A stretch of DNA of 32,000 bases, from NCBI RefSeq assembly GCF_000009605.1, contig NC_002528.1:540001-572000 (forward strand), read 5' to 3'. This DNA comes from Buchnera aphidicola str. APS (Acyrthosiphon pisum) (GTDB taxonomy: Bacteria > Pseudomonadota > Gammaproteobacteria > Enterobacterales > Enterobacteriaceae). The translations under genes and the position numbers were made by a program. Positions 12,541 through 27,363 of the stretch are shown piece after piece (the first letter of the stretch is position 1; every line of letters begins with the position of its first letter). The notes under the pieces were generated by a model, which saw nothing but the letters and a program-made list of their open reading frames with translations, did no database searches and was not told the DNA's origin.

Positions 12541-13077
12541 TTATTTCTTTTTAGCCTCTTTTATACGTACAACTTCATTTGAATATCGTATGCCTTTTCC
12601 TTTGTAAGGTTCTGGTGTACGATAAGAACGCAAATTAGCTGCAATCTGACCAACTAATTGTTTATCTATACCTTGAATAATAATTTCTGTAGGAGATAAA
12701 TTTTCTGCATTAATACCCTTAGGCAAATGATATGTAATTATATGTGAATAACCTAGCGACATATTAATTATATTATCTTTTGTTATTGAAACACGGTATC
12801 CAACCCCAGATAATTGTAATTTTTTACTAAATTTTTCAGACACGCCTATAATCATAGAATTTACGAGAGCTCTTGAAGTTCCTGCTTGTGCCCAACCATT
12901 AGAAAAACCTAAACGTGGTGAAAAAATTATTTGATTGTTTAAAAATTCAATTTTAACTGATTGATGAATAGTACGTGAAAGATGACCGTATTTTCCTTTA
13001 ATTGATATATCTTGCAAATCTAACTGAACATTAACGCCAGAAGGAATAACAATTGGACATTTAGCAACACGAGACAT
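12541..13077 (-). CDS. rplF: 50S ribosomal protein L6
   Basis: [19 protein letters not shown] start at the ATG at 13075-13077. C-terminal [27 protein letters not shown]. The ORF-track start at 13119 is an over-extension. Confidence 0.98.
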   Translation of the reverse strand: MSRVAKCPIVIPSGVNVQLDLQDISIKGKYGHLSRTIHQSVKIEFLNNQIIFSPRLGFSNGWAQAGTSRALVNSMIIGVSEKFSKKLQLSGVGYRVSITKDNIINMSLGYSHIITYHLPKGINAENLSPTEIIIQGIDKQLVGQIAANLRSYRTPEPYKGKGIRYSNEVVRIKEAKKK

Positions 13078-13087
13078 GCTTCCTCCA

Positions 13088-13480
13088 TTAAGCCACATAA
13101 CAAATAACTTCACCGCCAAGACCTTCTTGACGAGCCATACGATCTGTCATAACCCCTTTAGAAGTAGAAATTACGGCTATTCCTAAACCGGACATTACTT
13201 TAGGTAGATTATTTTTGTTTTTATATATACGCAAACTAGGCCTACTAATACGTTGAATCATATCTACTACTGACTTCCCTTGAAAATATTTTAAAAATAC
13301 TTCCAATTCTAGTTTAGTATCACCCGTAACATTATAATCTTTAATATAACCTTCTTCTTTTAATAATTGAATAATTGATTTTTTTAATTTCGATGAAGGC
13401 ATTTTAACAGAATATTTATTTGCTAATTGACCATTTCGAATACGGGTTAACATATCCGCTACTGGATCTTGCATACTCAT
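13088..13480 (-). CDS. rpsH: 30S ribosomal protein S8
   Basis: 130 aa, [18 protein letters not shown]...[22 protein letters not shown]. Confidence 0.99.
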
Positions 13481-13508
13481 TTTTACGCTCCAAAACCTGA
13501 AAAATATT

Positions 13509-13814
13509 TTACCAACTTGCTTTTTTTAAACCAGGTATTTCACCTTTCATAGCGGCCTCTCTTACTTTAATACGACTTAATCCAAATTTACGCAAAAAAG
13601 CATGAGGACGACCTGTTTGACGGCATCTGTTTCTTTGACGTGACGGACTGGAATCACGCGGAAAAGATTGTAATTTAAGCACCGCATTCCAACGCTCTTC
13701 CTCTGATATACTCATATTAGAAATAATATTTTTTAATTCATGACGTTGTGTATAAAATTTATTAGCTAATTTTACACGTTTAACTTCACGCGCTTTCATT
13801 GATTGTTTAGCCAT
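13509..13814 (-). CDS. rpsN: 30S ribosomal protein S14
   Basis: 101 aa [13 protein letters not shown]...[37 protein letters not shown]. Confidence 0.99.
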
Positions 13815-13831
13815 TGAGCAACCTTATTTTT

Positions 13832-14371
13832 TTACTTGCGAAAAGGAAAATTAAAAGCAGATAATAATAAACGAGCCTCATGATTAGATTTTGCAGTAGT
13901 AGTAATTGTTATATCCAACCCGCGAACCCGATCAATTTTATCGTAATCAATCTCAGGAAAAATAATTTGTTCACGTATTCCTAAACTATAATTTCCTTGA
14001 CCATCAAAAGAGTGACTTGATAATCCGCGAAAATCGCGAATACGTGGAACAGCAATAATAATTAAACGTTCAAAAAAATGCCATTTTTTCTGACCACGCA
14101 ATGTAACTTTACATCCGATAGGATAACCTTGACGGATTTTAAAACCAGCAACAGATTTACGAGCTTTAGTAATTAGTGGTTTTTGTCCGGATATAGCAGT
14201 TAAATCTAAAATAGCATTATCTAAAATCTTTTTATCAGAAGCAGCTCCACCGACACCCATATTTAAAGTAATTTTATCAATTTTAGGAACCTGCATAACG
14301 GAACTATAATTTAATTCATGCATAAGCTGAGTTATAACTTTTGATTTGTAATAATCATATAATGTCGCCAT
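13832..14371 (-). CDS. rplE: 50S ribosomal protein L5
   Basis: 179 aa [12 protein letters not shown]...[17 protein letters not shown] second in-frame ATG (14374) directly precedes it. Confidence 0.98.
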   Translation of the reverse strand: MATLYDYYKSKVITQLMHELNYSSVMQVPKIDKITLNMGVGGAASDKKILDNAILDLTAISGQKPLITKARKSVAGFKIRQGYPIGCKVTLRGQKKWHFFERLIIIAVPRIRDFRGLSSHSFDGQGNYSLGIREQIIFPEIDYDKIDRVRGLDITITTTAKSNHEARLLLSAFNFPFRK

Positions 14372-14385
14372 CATATTACTCCAAA

Positions 14386-14700
14386 CTATTGAATCGTTTT
14401 ACCAGTAGATTTAAAAAACCGAACTTTTCTCCCTTCTTCAAACCTAAAACCAATACGATCTGCTTTATTAGATTCAGGATTTAAAATAGCAATATTTGAT
14501 ATATGAATAGGTGCTTCTTTTTCTATAATACCACCACTTTTATTTTGAGATGGAACTGGTTTTTGATGTTTTTTAATTAAATTTAAACCTTTAACAATTA
14601 CTTGATTTAAAGATAAAATATTTTTAATAATACCTGTTTTTCCTTTATCTTTTCCTGTTAATATAACAACTGAATCATTACGGCGTAATTTTAATGCCAT
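14386..14700 (-). CDS. rplX: 50S ribosomal protein L24
   Basis: 104 aa with [23 protein letters not shown] and [21 protein letters not shown]. Confidence 0.98.
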   Translation of the reverse strand: MALKLRRNDSVVILTGKDKGKTGIIKNILSLNQVIVKGLNLIKKHQKPVPSQNKSGGIIEKEAPIHISNIAILNPESNKADRIGFRFEEGRKVRFFKSTGKTIQ

Positions 14701-14725
14701 TTTTTATTCCTTAAAAATTTCATAA

Positions 14726-15094
14726 CTAAAGAACTTCAGGAGCTAGTGAAATAATTTTCATAAATTTTTCTGTTCTTAATTCACGTGTAACAGGACCAAA
14801 AATACGAGTACCGATAGGTTGTTCGTTATTGTTTAATACAACACAAGCATTGGTATCAAAACGAATAACAGAACCATCAGATCTTCTAACCCCTTTTTTA
14901 GTTCTTACTACTACCGCTTTAAGAACTTCTCCTTTTTTTACTTTTCCTCTAGGTATTGCTTCTTTAATTGTAATTTTAATTACATCACCTATCGCTGCAT
15001 AGCGACGACGTGAACCACCTAAAACTTTAATACACATAGCAGATCGTGCGCCAGAGTTATCAGCTACATGAAGAATTGTTTGTTCTTGAATCAT
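14726..15094 (-). CDS. rplN: 50S ribosomal protein L14
   Basis: 122 aa [33 protein letters not shown]... Confidence 0.99.
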   Translation of the reverse strand: MIQEQTILHVADNSGARSAMCIKVLGGSRRRYAAIGDVIKITIKEAIPRGKVKKGEVLKAVVVRTKKGVRRSDGSVIRFDTNACVVLNNNEQPIGTRIFGPVTRELRTEKFMKIISLAPEVL

Positions 15095-15163
15095 ATTTTT
15101 AAAACCTCAATTATTCTAATTAAAAATAATTTAATCCTCATATTACTGACATTTTATGAACAT

Positions 15164-15197
15164 AAAACATGAGCAGACGTGAGTTTGTTCATGTTTT
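15164..15197. other. Hairpin at the rpsQ/rplN (S10/spc operon) junction
   Basis: The plus strand reads AAAACATGAGCAGAC-GTGA-GTTTGTTCATGTTTT. As plus-strand RNA it forms a 15-bp stem including 2 G-U pairs. As minus-strand RNA two pairs become A-C mismatches and a 9-bp perfect base remains. Confidence 0.7.
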
Positions 15198-15208
15198 GAT
15201 ATTTTTTT

Positions 15209-15460
15209 TTAAAATACTGTTTTTTCAATAATACGAACTAGGACCCAAGATTTTGTTTTAGAAATCGGACGAGATTCTCGAATTTCTATTAAATCACCTA
15301 CGGTACATTCGTTTTTTTCATCATGAATATGTAGTTTTGTAGTCCGTTTAATAAATTTTCCATAAATAATATGTTTTACAAAACGTTCAATTGCTACAAC
15401 AGCAGATTTTTGCATCTTATTACTTATCACACGACCTTGTAAGGTTCGAATTTTTTCCAT
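15209..15460 (-). CDS. rpsQ: 30S ribosomal protein S17
   Basis: 83 aa with [52 protein letters not shown]. Confidence 0.98.
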   Translation of the reverse strand: MEKIRTLQGRVISNKMQKSAVVAIERFVKHIIYGKFIKRTTKLHIHDEKNECTVGDLIEIRESRPISKTKSWVLVRIIEKTVF

Positions 15461-15657
15461 TATTTTATCTCTTCCTTTGAATCTAGCAAAGTCTTTACTT
15501 GTGCAATGTTTCGTCGAACTTTTCGTAATAAATGAGGTTGTTTTAATTTTCCAGAAACAGATTGCATACGAAGATTAAATTGTTCTCTCAATAATTGTAA
15601 AAGTTCTGTGTAAAGATCTTTTTTATTTTTTTTTCTAAATTCTACCAATGCCTTCAT
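15460..15657 (-). CDS. rpmC: 50S ribosomal protein L29
   Basis: 65 aa [38 protein letters not shown]..., between rplP and rpsQ. Confidence 0.97.
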   Translation of the reverse strand: MKALVEFRKKNKKDLYTELLQLLREQFNLRMQSVSGKLKQPHLLRKVRRNIAQVKTLLDSKEEIK

Positions 15658-16067
15658 TACATCACCATCTTATTTACAAAAGTAGTTTTAATTGGCAACT
15701 TAGCAGCTGCAAGTTTGAATGCTGCACGAGATTCTTCTTCAGTAACTCCTTCTAATTCATAAAGAATTTTACCAGGTTGTACTAAAGCGACCCAATATTC
15801 AACATTACCCTTGCCTTTTCCCATTCTAACTTCTAAAGGTTTTTGAGTTATAGGCTTATCAGGAAATATGCGAATCCACATTTTGCCTTGTCTTTTTATA
15901 CAGCGAGTTATAGCTCTTCTTGCAGATTCAATTTGACGAGCAGTTAAACGCCCTCTATCAATAGCTTGCAATCCAAAAGTGCCAAAATTAATATCAGTAC
16001 CAGACGCTAAACCACGATTTCGACCTTTATGCATTTTACGAAATTTAGTACGTTTTGGCTGCAACAT
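15657..16067 (-). CDS. rplP: 50S ribosomal protein L16
   Basis: 136 aa [35 protein letters not shown]. Confidence 0.99.
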   Translation of the reverse strand: MLQPKRTKFRKMHKGRNRGLASGTDINFGTFGLQAIDRGRLTARQIESARRAITRCIKRQGKMWIRIFPDKPITQKPLEVRMGKGKGNVEYWVALVQPGKILYELEGVTEEESRAAFKLAAAKLPIKTTFVNKMVM

Positions 16068-16087
16068 TATTAGCTTCTCTCTCTTTC

Positions 16088-16789
16088 TTACTTTCTATTT
16101 TTACGATACTGCTTTTTTGTTTGGACAGAAGGTTTATCTAATCTTTCAACAGTTTCCATTCCACCTAATATTTCACCTTTAAAAATCCAAACCTTTACGC
16201 CTATCACCCCATATGTTGTATGAGCTTCTGAAATGCTATAATCAATATTTGCGCGTAATGTATGAAGAGGAACTCTTCCTTCTCTATACCACTCTCTACG
16301 AGCTATTTCTGCTCCTCCTAAACGTCCACTAACTTCAACTTTAATGCCTTTTGCACCTTGTCTCATTGCGTTTTGAACAGATCGTTTCATAGCACGACGA
16401 AACATTACTCTTCTCTCAAGTTGAGAGGTAATACTATCAGAAACAAGTTTAGCATCTAATTCAGGTTTACGCACTTCAGAAATATTAATTTGAACCGGCA
16501 CTCCAGTAATTTTAGCAATAGAAATTCTTAACTTTTCAACATCTTCACCTTTTTTTCCAATAACAATACCTGGTCTAGCAGTATAAATCGTCACTCGAAT
16601 ACTTTTAGCTGGTCTTTCGATAATGATTCTGGAAATTGAAGCTTTTTCTAATGTTTTCATTAAAAACTGACGAACTTTATAGTCACTATCTAAATGATCC
16701 GCAAAGTCTTTAGTGTTAGCAAACCAGACAGAATTCCATTTTTTTATTATACCCAATCGCATACCATTAGGATGTACTTTCTGACCCAT
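16088..16789 (-). CDS. rpsC: 30S ribosomal protein S3
   Basis: 233 aa [20 protein letters not shown]...[20 protein letters not shown]. Confidence 0.99.
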   Translation of the reverse strand: MGQKVHPNGMRLGIIKKWNSVWFANTKDFADHLDSDYKVRQFLMKTLEKASISRIIIERPAKSIRVTIYTARPGIVIGKKGEDVEKLRISIAKITGVPVQINISEVRKPELDAKLVSDSITSQLERRVMFRRAMKRSVQNAMRQGAKGIKVEVSGRLGGAEIARREWYREGRVPLHTLRANIDYSISEAHTTYGVIGVKVWIFKGEILGGMETVERLDKPSVQTKKQYRKNRK

Positions 16790-16807
16790 TACTGATTCTC
16801 CTCGATG

Positions 16808-17140
16808 TTAACGATCAGACACAATTACAGTAATATGACTAGTACGTTTTAAAATACGATCTGCACGTCCTTTAGCACGAGGCATCATTCTTTTCATTGT
16901 TGAACCTTCATTAACAAATATTTTTTTAATTCTCAATTTATCTATATCTGCGCCATCATTATGTTCTGCATTAGCTACAGCTGATTCGACTACTTTTTTT
17001 ACTAAAAAAGCGGCTTTTTTATTGGTATAAGTTAAAATATTTAATGCTTGTGGCACTTTTTTACCGCGAATTAAATCTACGATCAAACGCACTTTTTGAG
17101 CTGAAGAGCGTGCTTGACGGTGTTGAGCTAAAGTTTCCAT
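16808..17140 (-). CDS. rplV: 50S ribosomal protein L22
   Basis: 110 aa [29 protein letters not shown]...[20 protein letters not shown]. Confidence 0.99.
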   Translation of the reverse strand: METLAQHRQARSSAQKVRLIVDLIRGKKVPQALNILTYTNKKAAFLVKKVVESAVANAEHNDGADIDKLRIKKIFVNEGSTMKRMMPRAKGRADRILKRTSHITVIVSDR

Positions 17141-17175
17141 TTACTCCTCTTTTTATCTTTCGTGTTTCTTTTAAA

Positions 17176-17454
17176 TTAACGTTTTTTTACTTTCTTATCA
17201 GCAGTATGTCCTCTGTAAGTACGAGTTAAAGAAAATTCGCCTAATTTATGTCCTACCATTTCTTCAGTAACAAAAACAGGGATATGGCTACGACCATTAT
17301 GAATAGATATTGTTAAACCGACCATATTCGGAAAAATTGTTGAACGTCTTGACCAAGTTTTAATAGGTTTTTTATCATTTATTTTTACTGATTTTTCTAC
17401 TTTTTTTAATAAACTTATATCAATAAAAGGACCTTTTTTAAGAGAACGTGGCAT
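17176..17454 (-). CDS. rpsS: 30S ribosomal protein S19
   Basis: [22 protein letters not shown] start at the ATG at 17452-17454. The ORF-track version (start 17613) runs out of frame into rplB. Confidence 0.99.
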   Translation of the reverse strand: MPRSLKKGPFIDISLLKKVEKSVKINDKKPIKTWSRRSTIFPNMVGLTISIHNGRSHIPVFVTEEMVGHKLGEFSLTRTYRGHTADKKVKKR

Positions 17455-17473
17455 AAAGTGATCCCTACAATAA

Positions 17474-18295
17474 TTATTTTCTGCGATGACGTAAAATAAA
17501 TTTATCAGTACGTTTATTTTTACGAGTCTTTTTACCTTTTGTCTGAATACCCCATGGAGTAACTGGATGTTTACCAAAATTTCGTCCTTCACCACCTCCA
17601 TGAGGATGATCAACAGGGTTCATGGCTGTTCCACGAACAGTTGGACGTATACCTATCCAACGAGAAGCTCCTGCTTTACCTAAAACTTTTAGCATATGTT
17701 CAGAATTACCTACTTCACCAATAGTGGCTCTACAATTAGACTGAGTTTTTCTCATTTCACCTGATCGTAATCTTAAAGTAGCATACTCTTCATCGAATGC
17801 CACTAGTTGAACATAACTTCCTGCAGAACGAGCTATTTGACCACCTTTTCCAGGTTTTAATTCTACATTATGAACAAAAGTACCTACTGGAATATTTTTA
17901 AGTGGTAGAGTATTTCCTGTTTTTATAGGTGCACGCAAACCAGAAATTATAGTATCACCTATCTTTATACCTTTTGGAGCTAAAATATACTTTCTTTCAC
18001 CATCTTTATATAATATTAAAGCAATATTAGAAGAACGATTAGGATCATATTCAAATCTTTCTACGGTAGCTCCTATATCATCTTTATTTCTTTTGAAATC
18101 TACAATACGATATGCTCTTTTATGTCCACCACCAATATGACGAGTTGTAATTCTACCATTATTATTACGTCCTCCGCTTTTACTCTTTTTTCTTAATAAT
18201 AAAGAATAAGGTTTTCCTTTATACAACTCATTATTAACAACTTTAATAACGTGGCGACGACCCGGAGATGTCGGTTTACACTTAACAACTGCCAT
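17474..18295 (-). CDS. rplB: 50S ribosomal protein L2
   Basis: 273 aa [19 protein letters not shown]...[28 protein letters not shown]...[14 protein letters not shown]. Confidence 0.99.
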   Translation of the reverse strand: MAVVKCKPTSPGRRHVIKVVNNELYKGKPYSLLLRKKSKSGGRNNNGRITTRHIGGGHKRAYRIVDFKRNKDDIGATVERFEYDPNRSSNIALILYKDGERKYILAPKGIKIGDTIISGLRAPIKTGNTLPLKNIPVGTFVHNVELKPGKGGQIARSAGSYVQLVAFDEEYATLRLRSGEMRKTQSNCRATIGEVGNSEHMLKVLGKAGASRWIGIRPTVRGTAMNPVDHPHGGGEGRNFGKHPVTPWGIQTKGKKTRKNKRTDKFILRHRRK

Positions 18296-18309
18296 TTTTT
18301 GTCCTCCGA

Positions 18310-18612
18310 CTACTCTGTATTACCTATGAAATCTAAATTACACCCTTTTTTAACTTTAATATAAGCTTTTTTCCAATGACTTCTCTGAATAATACGATTT
18401 GATTGACGCTTTTTTTTTCCTTTAACTTTTAATGTTTTTATACTATCAACATCGACATCAAATATTTTTTTTACTGCATATTTTATTTCATATTTAGTGG
18501 CGTTATTTAATACTTTTAAAACAACGGTATTAAATTTTTCCATAGATATAGATGTTTTTTCAGATACGTGTGGAGACAGAAGTATTTTAAGTAAACGTTC
18601 TTCAGAAATCAT
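18310..18612 (-). CDS. rplW: 50S ribosomal protein L23
   Basis: 100 aa with [15 protein letters not shown] and [12 protein letters not shown]. Confidence 0.97.
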
Positions 18613-19214
18613 GAAAGTATCTCCTCTATTCTTTTCACTGCTTCAACAGTAATAACCACATGATCAAAAGCAATCAAACTAACAGGATCTATAGAATGCA
18701 CATCTTTCACGTCTACTGAATATAAATTTCTAGATGCAAGAAATAAATTATTATCTATTTTATTAGTAACAATAAGAACATTTTTTAAATTTATATCTTT
18801 TAATTTCTGTACTAAAAGTTTTGTTTTAGGTGCATCTAATGAAAAATTCTCAAAAACTATTAATCTTTTTTGGCGTATTAATTCAGAAAAAATACTTTTT
18901 AATGCACCGCGATACATCTTTTTATTAACTTTTTGACTGTGTTCTTGCGGTTTTGCAGCAAATGTAACACCTCCTGATCGCCAAATTGGACTTCTAAAAG
19001 ATCCTGCTCGTGCACGACCAGTGCCTTTTTGACGCCACGGCTTTCTACCTGATCCAGAAACTTCGGCACGACTTTTTTGTGCTCTAGTACCTTGACGGGT
19101 AGATGCTGAATAAGCAATAACGACTTGATGAATTAGAGCTTCATTAAAATCACGAGCAAAAATGATTTCAGAAACACTAAGAACATTTTGTACGTCTTTA
19201 ACTACTAATTCCAT
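18609..19214 (-). CDS. rplD: 50S ribosomal protein L4
   Basis: 201 aa with [43 protein letters not shown]. Confidence 0.99.
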
Positions 19215-19231
19215 GCTTTACTCCTCACTGC

Positions 19232-19861
19232 TCAAACCTTAATAGCTGGTTTAACGATAAGATCACTACCGGTAGCACCGGGAACAGCACCTTTCACCAA
19301 AAGAAGATTTCTATGTTCATCAATACGTACTATATTCAAACTTTGTACAGTAACGCGAGTATTTCCTAATTGTCCTGCCATTTTTTTGCCTTTAAATACT
19401 CTACCGGGCGTTTGATTTTGACCGATAGAACCAGGTACTCTATGGGATAAAGAATTTCCATGTGTTGCATCTTGTGTATGAAAATTCCAACGTTTTACTG
19501 TACCAGAGAAACCTTTTCCTTTGGAAATACCTGTTATATCAACTTTTTTGACATTGTTAAAAATGTTAATTGTAATACTTTGTCCAATTTTAAAATTGTT
19601 ATTTTTATCGGTTCTAAATTCCCATAAACCACGACCAGGAGTTACACCAGATTTTAAAAAATGTCCGGATTGTGGTTTGTTTAATCTATTCGATTTTTTT
19701 ATTCCAGTTGTTACTTGAATAGCACAATAGAGATCAGTATTTATATTTTTTACTTGTGTGATTCTATTTTCTTTTAATTCAATTACAGTGACAGGAATTG
19801 AAGTTCCTTCTTCAGTAAAAATACGAGTCATTCCAATTTTTTTGCCAACTAAACCAATCAT
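19232..19861 (-). CDS. rplC: 50S ribosomal protein L3
   Basis: [19 protein letters not shown] start at the ATG at 19859-19861, 209 aa. Contains [53 protein letters not shown]. Confidence 0.99.
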
Positions 19862-19891
19862 TGATTGCACACCTTAATCATGTCTATCTGA

Positions 19892-20263
<372 letters not shown>

Positions 20264-20457
20264 TTACTCAAGAGTAGATGTAATTAAATACGACTATGTG
20301 GCCCCTATATCAGGAGTGTTGTTTTAAGGTTTACTTGTCTATGTAAAATATAAATTTTTTATGATTTATTTAAAAAAATATAAATGTATTATTAATATAT
20401 GAATTTATTAAAAAAAACTAATTAGTTGTTTATACTATAATATAATACATATTAATC

Positions 20458-20486
20458 AAGAAAAGAGCATCTTATACTCTTTTCTT
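20458..20486 (-). terminator. Putative low-GC terminator hairpin downstream of tuf
   Basis: Perfect 10-bp inverted repeat AAGAAAAGAG-catcttata-CTCTTTTCTT, 48 nt beyond the tuf stop codon. The downstream U-tract is weak. Confidence 0.5.
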
Positions 20487-20534
20487 AATAAATTCAACTT
20501 TGATGTTAGTATAAAATAGCCTAAATATAAATTA

Positions 20535-23895
<3,361 letters not shown>

Positions 23896-24009
23896 TATCT
23901 TTCTCTTATTTTTAGGTTTTAAAAAATTGAGTCTCATAAACTCAATTGAGATAATTGCCTCAATATAATTTATAAGTAATACAAAAAACGATATAAAAAT
24001 CTAATATTA

Positions 24010-24480
24010 TCACCAACGATAATGAGCAAAAGCCTTATTAGCCTCAGCCATTCGATGTACTTCTTCTCTTTTTTTTACTGCTGTTCCTTTATTTTCTAAA
24101 GCATCATAAAGTTCATTTGATAAACGTAAAGACATAGATTTATCGACACGCTTGCGGGCGGATTCTACAATCCAACGCATCGCTAAAGCATTGCGCCGTA
24201 CTGGACGAACTTCAACAGGAACTTGATATGTTGAACCGCCAACTCGACGAGACTTTACTTCGACTGTTGGACGTACATTTTCTAAAGCTATTTCAAAAGC
24301 TTCTAATTCTTTTTTATCTGTACGTTTAGATAAATTTTTTAATGCAGTATATACAATAACTTCGGCAATAGATTTTTTACCATCTATCATGAGAATATTA
24401 ATAAATTTAGCTAGTAATTCTGAAGAAAACTTTGGATCTGGTAAAATTTTTCGAGTACCAATAATACGACGACGTGGCAT
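24010..24480 (-). CDS. rpsG: 30S ribosomal protein S7
   Basis: 156 aa [18 protein letters not shown]...[19 protein letters not shown]. The track start at 24492 is extended by four codons. Confidence 0.99.
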
Positions 24481-24521
24481 AAAAAGCTCCATTTAATGAA
24501 AAGTATAAAAAGAAAAATTTT

Positions 24522-24914
<393 letters not shown>

Positions 24915-25029
24915 TCAATGGATTTTTGAAAAATTGTCAAAATAATATAAAATAAAAAATTATTCTTTATTATCATGAAGAATTTTAAGATTGGATATTT
25001 AAATTAAATCAAATTTAACTCAGTATTTT

Positions 25030-25317
25030 TTACCAAGTCATTTGTTTTTTATGTTTAAGTGTTAATGAAACGAAATGGATATAATTGATTAAAATAAATT
25101 CTCTAGAAATATTTTTTCTGATTCCTCGCGCATAAACATCTTCTTTTATAAGATATAATTTCACTGGAGACATAATTATACTCTTTAAAAAAATATTATC
25201 TTTTAATGCAATTAGCACACCATCTTGAAGAGCTAAAAAATCATCTGATTTTTTTAACATACTTATCACAAGAGAAACATTAGTCTCAAAAGGAGATTTC
25301 ATTAAAGTATGCAACAT
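25030..25317 (-). CDS. tusB: tRNA 2-thiolation sulfurtransferase complex subunit TusB
   Basis: 95 aa [16 protein letters not shown], conserved TusB-type N-terminus, and the tusD-tusC-tusB-rpsL order. Confidence 0.88.
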
Positions 25318-25328
25318 GTTTATCAACC

Positions 25329-25688
25329 TTAAAAATTGATAATTGCGTCATAATTATCTAGTTTTAAACGCAAATTATACGAATCTAATACATCTATATT
25401 CAGTATAAAATTATTATTATTATTTAATCCTCGTTCAAGCAATGATGCCTTACAACAATAAAGATCTTTTATATTATATAAAGATAGTATAGAAAAAGAG
25501 GAAGTATAATTGCGAGCTAAAATATGTTCTGGTTGTTGGTTTTTTATTAATTGCAAAACACCGTCACCAATAAAAAAAACACTTATTTTTTTAAAAATTG
25601 ATGAAATGCTAAAAATGGCATCCAAACCTTCTCTACCTAAACTAATCCCGTGTGGTGCATGAGAAAAAACAAAAGCTACCATTTTCAT
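25329..25688 (-). CDS. tusC: tRNA 2-thiolation complex subunit TusC
   Basis: 119 aa with [26 protein letters not shown] typical of TusC/DsrF. The start could be the M at 25688 or 25682. Confidence 0.92.
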
Positions 25689-25706
25689 TTTAATAAATAT
25701 ACCAAA

Positions 25707-26093
25707 TTAAAATTGTATTATGCGGTCACATATTTTTATAGATTTAGCTAATTCTATTAAACCACTTAATTGAAAAGAAAGCGCTAAATTACCCTTCTTA
25801 ACATTCATATTAAATAATTTTTCATCTTCTATTACACCTCTTCTTAAAGCTGCACTATTACAAACATATAATTTTACTTGATGTTTTTTGTTTAATCCTT
25901 GCCATGCGTTAATCAAATTGAACTCATCAATAGCTGGTGTAGTCATATTATTAGCATTAAGTACTCCATCACAATAAAAAAAAACACTATGTAATATATG
26001 TTTAGTTTTTAATAAAGATTGACAAAATAAAAAAGCAGTACTTGAATTTTGTGTTCCATAAGGTGGACCAGTTACTAATATTGTATAATTCAT
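25707..26093 (-). CDS. tusD: tRNA 2-thiolation sulfurtransferase subunit TusD
   Basis: 128 aa with [26 protein letters not shown] and a [15 protein letters not shown] motif containing the catalytic-type Cys. Confidence 0.94.
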   Translation of the reverse strand: MNYTILVTGPPYGTQNSSTAFLFCQSLLKTKHILHSVFFYCDGVLNANNMTTPAIDEFNLINAWQGLNKKHQVKLYVCNSAALRRGVIEDEKLFNMNVKKGNLALSFQLSGLIELAKSIKICDRIIQF

Positions 26094-26175
26094 TTTAAAA
26101 ATCTTGTACCAAAAACTTAGAAAATTAATATTTAATTATATCATATTTTAAAATTTAATAGTTATTATAAGTATA

Positions 26176-26940
26176 CTATACTCCATTAACTACATCTAAT
26201 AGTTCTATATCAAAGATGAGAGTAGAATTTGCTGGAATACCATTAACTTCTTCTGTTCCATATGCCAAGTTGGGAGGTATTACTAATTTTATTTTACCGC
26301 CTTTCTTTATATATTTTAATCCTTCTTTCCAGCCTAAGATAACATCTTTTAATCTTAGAGATACAGGTCTACCTCTTTTGTAAGAATTATCAAATTCCAA
26401 ACCATTAATTAGTGTACCTTTATAATGAACAGTGATTTTCGTCTCGTCTTTTAATGCTTCTCCTTCTCCAGCTCTTTCTAAAAGATATAGAAGACCACTA
26501 GACGTTTTTTTTACACCCTTTAATTTAGAAAAATTTTTCATATATAATTCTCCTTGAATAAAATTTTCTTTTGCGTTTTTTTTCAATTGAATTTTAGTCG
26601 CATGTTTTAATTTTTTTTCTAGTTCTTTTAGACCCGAAGAAATATCTTGATGCGAGAGTTTTAAATTTCCAGATATAGCATCTTGTATTCCTTTTAAAAG
26701 ACTATTCCTATCTAACTCGATTCCTATTTTTTTTTGTTTTTCAAAAGTTTGGTTTACATAATTACCGAAGGATAGACCTAAAATATAACCTAACTTTTCA
26801 TTATTATTATGAAATGTATTTTTTGTTTCTAAAACAGATTGCAAATGTATATCTGATATAGGCGCTGAAATTGAAAAAGATTTTGGAACATATAATATCA
26901 TCAAAAATAATATTATTCTTTTGAAAATAAAAAAAATCAT
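26176..26940 (-). CDS. fkpA: FKBP-type peptidyl-prolyl cis-trans isomerase FkpA, periplasmic
   Basis: 254 aa. Hydrophobic signal-like N-terminus (IFFIFKRIILFLMILYVPKSFS), a helical dimerisation-like domain, and C-terminal FKBP domain (TVHYKGTLINGLEFDNSYKRGRPVSLRLKDVILGWKEGLKYIKKGGKIKLVIPPNLAYG). Confidence 0.93.
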   Translation of the reverse strand: MIFFIFKRIILFLMILYVPKSFSISAPISDIHLQSVLETKNTFHNNNEKLGYILGLSFGNYVNQTFEKQKKIGIELDRNSLLKGIQDAISGNLKLSHQDISSGLKELEKKLKHATKIQLKKNAKENFIQGELYMKNFSKLKGVKKTSSGLLYLLERAGEGEALKDETKITVHYKGTLINGLEFDNSYKRGRPVSLRLKDVILGWKEGLKYIKKGGKIKLVIPPNLAYGTEEVNGIPANSTLIFDIELLDVVNGV

Positions 26941-27363
26941 TTATAACTCCAAAAAACATGAAATGTTAAATATTTTATTATCAATATATTTTCTATATAG
27001 TATATTTTTTTAAAAAATTTTTAAATATTTTTTTAAAATACAACAATAATAAATATTAAATACTTTCTTTCAAAAAAAAAAATTAATTCATTTTATTATT
27101 ATTTTCCCTTTAAATTTAAAAAAATTTTTAACTAGCACTGCAAAAAACATTTACGAGACTGTTGTGATGACAAATAAAAGACAAGATTCATAGAAAAAAT
27201 AATATAGAAATGAGATGTCATTAAAGTTCACTAAAAGATGATAAAACATATTAATCATTTTCGAGAAAAATAATAATGATAGGAGTCTGATTATGATCAC
27301 ATGATTAATTTTGAAGAAATTATTTTTTATAAAATAAATTTTCAGTAATCGTAAAAATAAAAT

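Noticed and set aside
17455-17613. N-terminal extension of the rpsS ORF ([14 protein letters not shown]...)
   Set aside because: It overlaps rplB out of frame. The universal S19 start [10 protein letters not shown] begins at 17454.
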